NCBI GenBank assembly: GCA_946965045.2 | Contig: CAMPTO020000004.1 | Span: 1 to 10,597 of the forward strand | Direction: 5' to 3' | Source of the DNA: Epithemia pelagica | Lineage: Eukaryota > Protista > Bacillariophyta | Length of the DNA: 10,597 nt | Notes under the pieces: generated by a model | Databases searched by the model: none | What the model saw: the letters and a program-made list of their open reading frames with translations, nothing else | Told to the model about the DNA's origin: nothing | Translations under genes and position numbers: made by a program | Shown here: piece after piece, positions 5,801-10,597 of the stretch | Position numbering within the stretch: the stretch's first letter is position 1 | How the letters are laid out: each line of letters opens with the position of its first letter

Positions 5801-8010
5801 AAGAAGAACAGGAAGAGAGGTCCGTGAACAATACGGACGAAAATAATGACCCGGTGATGGCTGCGGCTGAAGAAGGTGATGATCAGTCTCAACATGATGA
5901 GAGTGGCAACCGTGAGAATGAAGGAAGATACAGCTTACGAAGCCGCAGAACACGAGACTATAGTCACAGATACAATCCTGAGGAGTTTGACACAAGCGAC
6001 CGAGAAAATGATGACGAGGATGGTGCAGTCATGGCTGAAGTGGCAGGAGTTGAAGATACCGTGGAGACTCCACAAATGTCATTGAAGTTGGGGTTGAAAA
6101 AGTTCGGCGAAGAAGGATTGGACGCTGTTCGGAAAGAGATGAGACAACTGCATGACAGAAAGGTTATGAGACCGGTCGCGCGGTATAGCTTAACACCAAA
6201 ACAACGAAGAGATGCGCTGGCCTATCTTATGTTCCTAAAAAGGAAGAGAACAGGCAAAGTGAAGGGTCGCGGATGCGCGGATGGGCGCAAACAGCGCGAT
6301 TATATACCCAAAGAGGATTCGACGTCACCTACAGTAAAAACAGAGTCGGTTTTGCTAACAGCCGCTATCGACGCAAAAGAAAAACGAGATGTTGCAGTGG
6401 TAGATGTCCCAGGGGCCTTTATGCAGGCAGATATGGACGACATTGTTCACATCAGATTTACTGGGGAAATGCTAGAGATGTTACTGGAAATTGACCCATG
6501 CTATGCCGGCTACATATGCTATGAACGAGGGGAGAAAGTGTTGTACGTGGTGTTGGACAAGGCCCTTTACGGTACTCTAAAGGCAGCTCGGCTATTTTGG
6601 GAGATGCTAAGCAAGCAACTGGTTGAATGGGGTTTTGTTGTGAACCCATATGATGAGTGTGTGGCGAATAAAGAGTGCAGTGGTGGCCAATTGACAGTCA
6701 CCTGGCATGTGGACGATATCAAGGTTTCACACAAGTCCAGCACAGTCGTAGATCAGTTCATTCAACAAATGGAAGAAACCTTTGGGAAAGAAGGACCCCT
6801 AACCATATCACGAGGAAAAGTGCACGACTTCCTCGGTATGATACTTGACTACTCAGTGGAGGGGTCAGTGATTATCAGAATGGAGAGCTACATCAACAAT
6901 ATGATCAATGACATGCCCGAGGACATGATAGGAGTGGCATCAACACCCGCTTCCAGCAGTTTGTTCAAAGTGAACACAAACGGTACACCAACTTTAAATT
7001 CCAAGAAGAAGGAAATTTTTGTGCACCTTGTAATGCAAGCCCTCTATCTCAGTCAGAGGGGTCGTCCTGATATCCGTACAGCAGTGTCTTTCCTGTGCGG
7101 GCGACTAACTTGCCCTGACGAAGATGATTACAGTAAACTTAGTCGAATGATGAAGTATCTACAAGGAACCCGGTCGCTTCCTTTAACTCTACGGGTAGAG
7201 GATGATGGAAAACTGCAATGGTGGATTGATGCTTCGTATGCAGTGCACCACAACATGAGGGGTCATACAGGAGCAACGATGGCAATGGGTAAAGGCTCAG
7301 TGTTCAGTGGATCTTGGAAGCAAAAGATGGTGACTCGTAGCTCGACTGAAAGTGAGGTTGTCGGCGTGCACGATGTCCTTCCACAGATATTGTGGACCCA
7401 AATGTTCTTGGAAGCGCAAGGGTTTTCCATCGCTGCAAACGTGCTGTATCAAGATAACTTGAGTTCTATACTTCTTGAGAAGAATGGACGTCAATCAAGC
7501 ACGAAACGAACCCAACACATGCACATACGTTATTTTTATATCACAGACCAAGTGAAGAAAGGGGAAATATCAATCGAACACTGTCCAACCAACGACATCA
7601 TAGCGGATTTTTTTACAAAGCCTCTTCAAGGACACCTGTTTCACAAGTTGCGGAACCTCGTAATGGGAATGGATCCGCCAACTGACCAGATGGAGGACCC
7701 AAGGAGTGTGTTGAAGCGCGAGAACCGACGGACGAACGATTCGGAAGCTGGTCATTCGGAAGCAATGCCGATCACGACAAAGACCAAACTTGTCCACCAG
7801 GGAGACAAGAAGGCATACTGGAACGTCAGCAATACAGATGGGGACACAAGTCAACCACATGATAACAAGGATAACAAGAAAGGAAAAGCCATGGCCGGAT
7901 CAGACGCCGGTCTTAATGCCTTTGGAATGACCACGACAAGAAGTTACAGGGACATCCTGATCGGAGAAGGTCATGGAGCTCAAAATAAGACTAGATTAAC
8001 GACGAGCTGA
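2890..8010 (+). CDS. Gag-Pol polyprotein (1706 aa) of the copia element
   Basis: RG-rich N-terminus and Gag helical region; CCHC knuckle CYNCGGTGHYARDC; protease WILLDSQSTVD; integrase D629/D686/E716; RT motifs KGR.CADGRKQ, SPTV, DVPGAF, ALYGTLKAA, WHVDDI; RNase H motifs WIDASYAVH, SSTESE, YQDN, ADFFTKPL. No stops or frameshifts. Confidence 0.97.
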   Translation: MSSDSNAPSPPRDGGSSGRGNGRPRNGRGGIGNRFRTGRRNNQFQRSRFEGRETALAGHIYDYNRERTPDKYIRTTKEIANYVGRTFTKYPGDYTAAIETLELDDPDEPNDPDPNDQVAFEHWKLNIKDHRTKMQEHANFRASLYSIVFGQCTDAMQERLKSHEDFEAASQDGIALLVIVRSLIHTFEEKRNLADSLCDVKESFYKLGQGKHMSLEKYHELFVTQVAVLDEVGITVWDQALVDNIAESNGRGDAPEEEDYEEAKQRALPIRFIRGTNENHKGYIKHLRNSHLDNHDNYPKTVSDAFNILQRRDEDTVAIIPENDGVAFAQTSTNGRDMSQVICYNCGGTGHYARDCPHQQGQEGNGNNNNDDNNNNGESTEVNAVTFSFSQSNAIVPKTWILLDSQSTVDCFSNRALLKNIRKTDKKINIYCNAGKRTIDMVGDLQGYGEVWHDPKGIANVLSLSRIRKKYGRVDYVAKKSGGEFTVYKPDGKRQIFKEAESGLHYLDTSSPNDEMHDDGHMLVVNTVRDNKSKYTNNDYMRALRARELQIKIGRPSTRDYIKIVEGNSLPNCPVTRADILAAEHIFGPDIGALKGKTTRRRPPIVDSPVTPVPNVILEKYRRVTICVDVLHINNIPMLASISRNIKFGTVEAMASLKEGPMLEAIKHICQVYRRAGFKVESSLMDGAFSYLKGALADMGIALNDTSRDEHIGDVERYIRTMKERIWATYNTLPFKKIPGRLVIEMAKSAVFWLNGFPIASGLSQEASPRTIITGQKLDYSRHCKYQFGEYCQTHEEHDNSMNPRTIGALALRPTGNAQGSYYFLSLSTGRVINRPHATALPMPDDVIDRVHRMARQQKANPGLVFGDRNNLANILDLDDDDEDDDSFIPNEMDEIDDDYNEYDDPEDEIADNEDENQGVLPVMEENQGVLPVMEIAENEGVPPVVMEQEPEDDAMDPIDHDADMDDVPIEEEQEERSVNNTDENNDPVMAAAEEGDDQSQHDESGNRENEGRYSLRSRRTRDYSHRYNPEEFDTSDRENDDEDGAVMAEVAGVEDTVETPQMSLKLGLKKFGEEGLDAVRKEMRQLHDRKVMRPVARYSLTPKQRRDALAYLMFLKRKRTGKVKGRGCADGRKQRDYIPKEDSTSPTVKTESVLLTAAIDAKEKRDVAVVDVPGAFMQADMDDIVHIRFTGEMLEMLLEIDPCYAGYICYERGEKVLYVVLDKALYGTLKAARLFWEMLSKQLVEWGFVVNPYDECVANKECSGGQLTVTWHVDDIKVSHKSSTVVDQFIQQMEETFGKEGPLTISRGKVHDFLGMILDYSVEGSVIIRMESYINNMINDMPEDMIGVASTPASSSLFKVNTNGTPTLNSKKKEIFVHLVMQALYLSQRGRPDIRTAVSFLCGRLTCPDEDDYSKLSRMMKYLQGTRSLPLTLRVEDDGKLQWWIDASYAVHHNMRGHTGATMAMGKGSVFSGSWKQKMVTRSSTESEVVGVHDVLPQILWTQMFLEAQGFSIAANVLYQDNLSSILLEKNGRQSSTKRTQHMHIRYFYITDQVKKGEISIEHCPTNDIIADFFTKPLQGHLFHKLRNLVMGMDPPTDQMEDPRSVLKRENRRTNDSEAGHSEAMPITTKTKLVHQGDKKAYWNVSNTDGDTSQPHDNKDNKKGKAMAGSDAGLNAFGMTTTRSYRDILIGEGHGAQNKTRLTTS
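3916..3957 (+). other. Gag CCHC zinc knuckle (CX2CX4HX4C)
   Basis: Translates as CYNCGGTGHYARDC. Confidence 0.95.
3988..4017 (+). repeat. (AAC)n-type coding microsatellite (NNNNDDNNNN) in the Gag-protease linker
   Basis: AACAACAACAATGATGACAACAACAACAAC. Confidence 0.8.
4087..4420 (+). other. Aspartic protease domain (approximate bounds)
   Basis: Active-site-like LLDSQST (Asp codon 4099-4101), followed by copia-type ANVLSLSRI and SGLHYLD. Confidence 0.8.
4465..5460 (+). other. Integrase (approximate bounds)
   Basis: Catalytic triad candidates CVD (4774-4776), MDG (4945-4947) and VERYIRTMKER (5035-5037); C-terminal FGEYCQTH and ALALRPTGNAQGSYYF blocks. Confidence 0.85.
5635..5694 (+). repeat. 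30-bp tandem duplication (ENQGVLPVME x2) in the acidic IN-RT spacer, each unit containing a copy of the PPT
   Basis: GAAAACCAAGGAGTGTTGCCCGT(G/A)ATGGAG twice, with 1 mismatch; a third degenerate AAGGAGTG lies at 5708-5715. Confidence 0.9.
6070..6870 (+). other. Reverse transcriptase domain (approximate bounds)
   Basis: Copia RT motifs, with catalytic HVDD at 6706-6717 (H in place of the usual Y). Confidence 0.92.
7216..7670 (+). other. RNase H domain (approximate bounds)
   Basis: WIDASYAVH, RSSTESEVVG, LYQDN, HMHIRYFYI, ADFFTKPLQG. Confidence 0.92.
7699..7708 (+). other. 3' plus-strand primer (PPT) CCAAGGAGTG
   Basis: Purine-rich tract directly abutting the TG of the 3' LTR at 7709; lies inside the pol ORF (encodes PRS). 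Confidence 0.75.
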
Positions 8011-8098
8011 GAGAGCTCACTCTATAGCGAAAACGAAGTTTGTAAGGAGAAACAAGCGTGCCATTGCATAGGCTGAGGCTGAGCAATTGGTTTCAACA
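7709..8098 (+). repeat. 3' LTR (390 bp)
   Basis: Direct repeat of 2483-2873; starts TGTTGAA and ends TTCAACA. Confidence 0.97.
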
Positions 8099-8103
8099 GC
8101 ACC
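8099..8103. repeat. Right target-site duplication GCACC
   Basis: Matches 2478-2482. Confidence 0.95.
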
Positions 8104-8289
8104 AGCCTGATTGCGCACAGGCTATATAGGGACCATCATAGAGCCGACAATTGGCAGAGGGCAGAGGACAGTACTGGACTCGTCTTGCAATTTGTCCTAA
8201 TTGACCATGATCCAAATATGCGTTGATGGATCAAAGTAGTCAACCCATCAGAGGGACAACCACAAGACATATAGCGACTCAATTGGTAT

Positions 8290-8789
8290 CTAGCCATCCG
8301 AGGTACGCTTTCGTGGTGATACTCCATTCGGGTAAGGTGTCTTGAGAGGACTTTGTGCGTCGTACATCCTCTTCGTTTCTTCTTGTTCTCGTGTTAATTC
8401 CCGTTGTCGACGAAAGAAATGAGCAATTTTGTGCACCGCCGTCGTTTCGTCCAGTTCGGTCCACTGCGCTCGGTCCAATTTGAGAAACCGACCTCCCGAG
8501 GCTCTAACCATTTGAAAAATTCGTTCCGACAATTCCACCTTGCCATACTTTGTGCACGTTTCATAGTGTCTTCAAAATACAATTGTACCCAAATTTGGAC
8601 CCGTTTGTTGCCTGGATGATCTCGACAGTCCTTCGTTCTTCCAAGCAATACATCGGAAGGCTGTATCTGAATCTCTGTGATACTATTGGTTTCGTCATCG
8701 TTGTCATCACTGTCATGATCATGGACTCTTTTAGCTTCTGTATCCCGCTGCTCCCATGCGATTTGTTGATTCAGCCATGCTAGATGACC
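8290..8789 (-). pseudogene. Frameshifted DUF6824-like (diatom-expanded family) gene; may extend upstream to about 9018
   Basis: One frame gives HLAWLNQQIAWE...QPSDVLLGRTKDCRDHPGNKRVQIWVQLYFED; a shifted frame continues YETCTKYGKVELSERIFQMVRASGGRFLKLDRAQWTELDETTAVHKIAHFFR. Together these form the DV.LGRG...HPGN...GGRFL...W.E...K..H.FR pattern. The frameshift is at about 8566-8567, and there is an in-frame TAA at 8790-8792 upstream. An assembly error cannot be excluded. Confidence 0.65.
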
Positions 8790-8851
8790 TTAAGGATATT
8801 TGCCTTTTTTGGGTGTCTTTAGTACTAGGTAGACACCGTAGGATTTGAACG

Positions 8852-8950
8852 TGTGCATATGAGCACACGGGGCTATAGTATCTGTGCATATGAGCACTGA
8901 TATATATGCCTTTTTTGCAAAAGAGCACTGCCTGTTGTGCAGATAAGCAC
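8852..8950. repeat. Array of four quasi-palindromic 15-mers, consensus TGTGCATATGAGCAC
   Basis: Copies at 8852 and 8883 (identical), 8914 (3 mismatches) and 8936 (2 mismatches); spacing 31, 31 and 22 bp. Confidence 0.75.
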
Positions 8951-8987
8951 AGAATGTCTATGCCCCGCTCAAGTCTAATTTCTAAGC

Positions 8988-9006
8988 ACTCATATTCAAT
9001 ATGAGT
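8988..9006. repeat. Perfect 9-bp-arm palindrome ACTCATATT-C-AATATGAGT
   Basis: Arms at 8988-8996 and 8998-9006 are exact reverse complements. Confidence 0.85.
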
Positions 9007-9060
9007 CCTAAATTTCATTGATTACTAACCATTACCGCACTCTTAGTTGTTCCCCCATTC

Positions 9061-9101
9061 TTTGGCGCGAAAAGCTCGCCTGCGTGCCCCTTCGCGCCAA
9101 A
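9061..9101. repeat. 11-bp inverted repeat TTTGGCGCGAA...TTCGCGCCAAA (E2F-site-like arms)
   Basis: Arms at 9061-9071 and 9091-9101 with a 19-nt spacer. Confidence 0.8.
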
Positions 9102-9172
9102 CATCTTCACCTGAAAACCTCAATTGGCCCTAAGGAGAAAGTGCCTGTCCGTAGGCCTACGTAGACTCTAGC

Positions 9173-9303
9173 GTCCCACTGCAGAACAGCCCCCATCCCA
9201 CTTGTCCCACTGCAGAACCGCCCTCTGTCCCACTGCAGAAGTGCCCTGTCCCACTGCAGAACAGCCTGCTGTCCCACTGCAGAACAGCTCACTAGAACAG
9301 CCC
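9173..9303. repeat. Subtelomeric minisatellite: five exact copies of GTCCCACTGCAGAA plus a degenerate sixth
   Basis: Cores at 9173, 9204, 9227, 9248 and 9271; C-rich related spacers of 17, 9, 7 and 9 nt; degenerate CTCACTAGAACAGCCC at 9288-9303. Confidence 0.9.
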
Positions 9304-10050
9304 TATTCTAGTCATACCTATGTCCATGATTATTAGTTAGTCTTAGCTCGACTAGTATCATTTCCCGTCACTACAAGTGTGACTGGGTCAGAAACAACAA
9401 TCCTCCACGGGTCAGAGAAGAGTTGCAAGTCGAAGTCCGCCGTGGGTGGGGGCAGTCGGTCCACTGATAAGAGGTTAGTCTTGATATTAATGATTGTGAG
9501 ACGATTACTAACTAAGGTGGTTGATGGTGCCGAAGTCCTGGCTCTTGTATACGGCCATGGATCTGGTGTGATAGGTCCTCACTGGTTGGAGTAGACCGGC
9601 ATTGGTGTATATTGAATGTATAGGGTGATGGATAACATGTATGGGATACAACAGCTCTTGCTTTGTCGTGGTATAAGTCTTGTGCTGGGCGCGTTGCTGT
9701 TTGCATTCTTGGATTTGTGGGAACAGAGATATGGTCTCGCGTGATCGTGATTCGTGCTTTGATTACATAGACCGTTAGGTCGAATCGTGGATGCGCGTAC
9801 TCGGATAGTAGAGGCGCGCACTTGATAGTTTTGGGCGCGCACGTGTTGGGCCATAGTTAATATCCGAGCGGTCGCCGATAACGCGTGCACTGCGAGCATG
9901 CCGTGGCCAAATTTATAGTTTCGCGAGCATGCCGACATTCTTTTCTCACTTTTAGGAAAATGTCATCGGATGCCATAAAATACTAGCATCATTCGATGAG
10001 TTGTAGGTTTCGCCACCTAGTTTTCGGTGAGAATCCTAACAATTCTTGAC

Positions 10051-10597
10051 GTTAGGGTTAGGGTTAGGGTTAGGGTTAGGGTTAGGGTTAGGGTTAGGGT
10101 TAGGGTTAGGGTTAGGGTTAGGGTTAGGGTTAGGGTTAGGGTTAGGGTTAGGGTTAGGGTTAGGGTTAGGGTTAGGGTTAGGGTTAGGGTTAGGGTTAGG
10201 GTTAGGGTTAGGGTTAGGGTTAGGGTTAGGGTTAGGGTTAGGGTTAGGGTTAGGGTTAGGGTTAGGGTTAGGGTTAGGGTTAGGGTTAGGGTTAGGGTTA
10301 GGGTTAGGGTTAGGGTTAGGGTTAGGGTTAGGGTTAGGGTTAGGGTTAGGGTTAGGGTTAGGGTTAGGGTTAGGGTTAGGGTTAGGGTTAGGGTTAGGGT
10401 TAGGGTTAGGGTTAGGGTTAGGGTTAGGGTTAGGGTTAGGGTTAGGGTTAGGGTTAGGGTTAGGGTTAGGGTTAGGGTTAGGGTTAGGGTTAGGGTTAGG
10501 GTTAGGGTTAGGGTTAGGGTTAGGGTTAGGGTTAGGGTTAGGGTTAGGGTTAGGGTTAGGGTTAGGGTTAGGGTTAGGGTTAGGGTTAGGGTTAGGG
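10051..10597 (+). repeat. Telomere, (TTAGGG)n, 91 perfect units (10052-10597) running to the window end
   Basis: Uninterrupted TTAGGG array with the G-rich strand running 5'->3' toward the end, as expected for a right-hand chromosome terminus. Confidence 0.98.

Larger units (their letters stand above)
2483..8098 (+). mobile_element. Full-length Ty1/copia LTR retrotransposon (diatom CoDi-like), 5616 bp, structurally intact
   Basis: Two LTRs about 98.7% identical, TG...CA termini with a 7-bp terminal inverted repeat (TGTTGAA/TTCAACA), 5-bp TSD, and a single ORF with domain order Gag-PR-IN-RT-RH (copia order). Confidence 0.97.

Noticed and set aside
3190-7860. Numerous short ORFs on either strand inside the gag-pol region (for example 3574-4062, 4569-5045, 5410-5895)
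   Set aside because: Shadows of the polyprotein with no recognisable motifs; no evidence for an antisense or env-like extra gene.
8852-8950. CRISPR-like array of 15-mers
   Set aside because: Repeats are degenerate, spacers are only 7-16 nt, and the context is eukaryotic; kept only as a possible binding-site array.
9173-9284. CRISPR-like array (exact repeats with variable spacers)
   Set aside because: The 14-bp repeats and 7-17-nt mutually similar spacers are too short and irregular, there are no cas genes, and the context is a eukaryotic subtelomere.
9107-9938. Short subtelomeric ORFs (for example the LQWD repeats in 9107-9292, and 9579-9938)
   Set aside because: Translations of minisatellite or low-complexity DNA with no protein-family signal.
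10051-10597. Interstitial telomeric repeat or telomere-targeting retroelement
   Set aside because: The array runs to the window end in the correct orientation for a true terminus, and the LTR element lies about 1.95 kb inward with an ordinary 5-bp TSD in non-telomeric DNA.

Overview
Eukaryotic chromosome end, most likely from a diatom (inferred from the CoDi-type Ty1/copia element, the CBA1-like gene, the DUF6824-like remnant and the TTAGGG telomere). In order: (1) a promoter region with three tandem CACGTGC-containing repeats; (2) an intronless CBA1-like (cobalamin/iron-type substrate-binding fold) gene, 741-2213, with a signal peptide, Pro/Thr/Ser stalk and GPI-like tail; (3) a structurally complete Ty1/copia LTR retrotransposon, 2483-8098, with a GCACC target-site duplication, 391/390-bp LTRs and one uninterrupted 1706-aa gag-pol ORF; (4) a frameshifted DUF6824-like gene on the minus strand; (5) about 1.2 kb of subtelomeric DNA with several short repeat arrays; (6) 91 perfect TTAGGG units to the end of the window. 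Best lead: the element has no recognisable tRNA primer-binding site. The 14 nt directly after the 5' LTR (TTTTCGCTATAGAG) are instead the exact reverse complement of a 14-mer inside its own LTR that starts at an initiator-like motif, which points to Tf1-style self-priming in a diatom copia. The element also carries internal copies of its plus-strand primer (PPT), and its pol ORF runs 100 codons into the 3' LTR. Domain and family calls rest on motif recognition only; no database searches were run.
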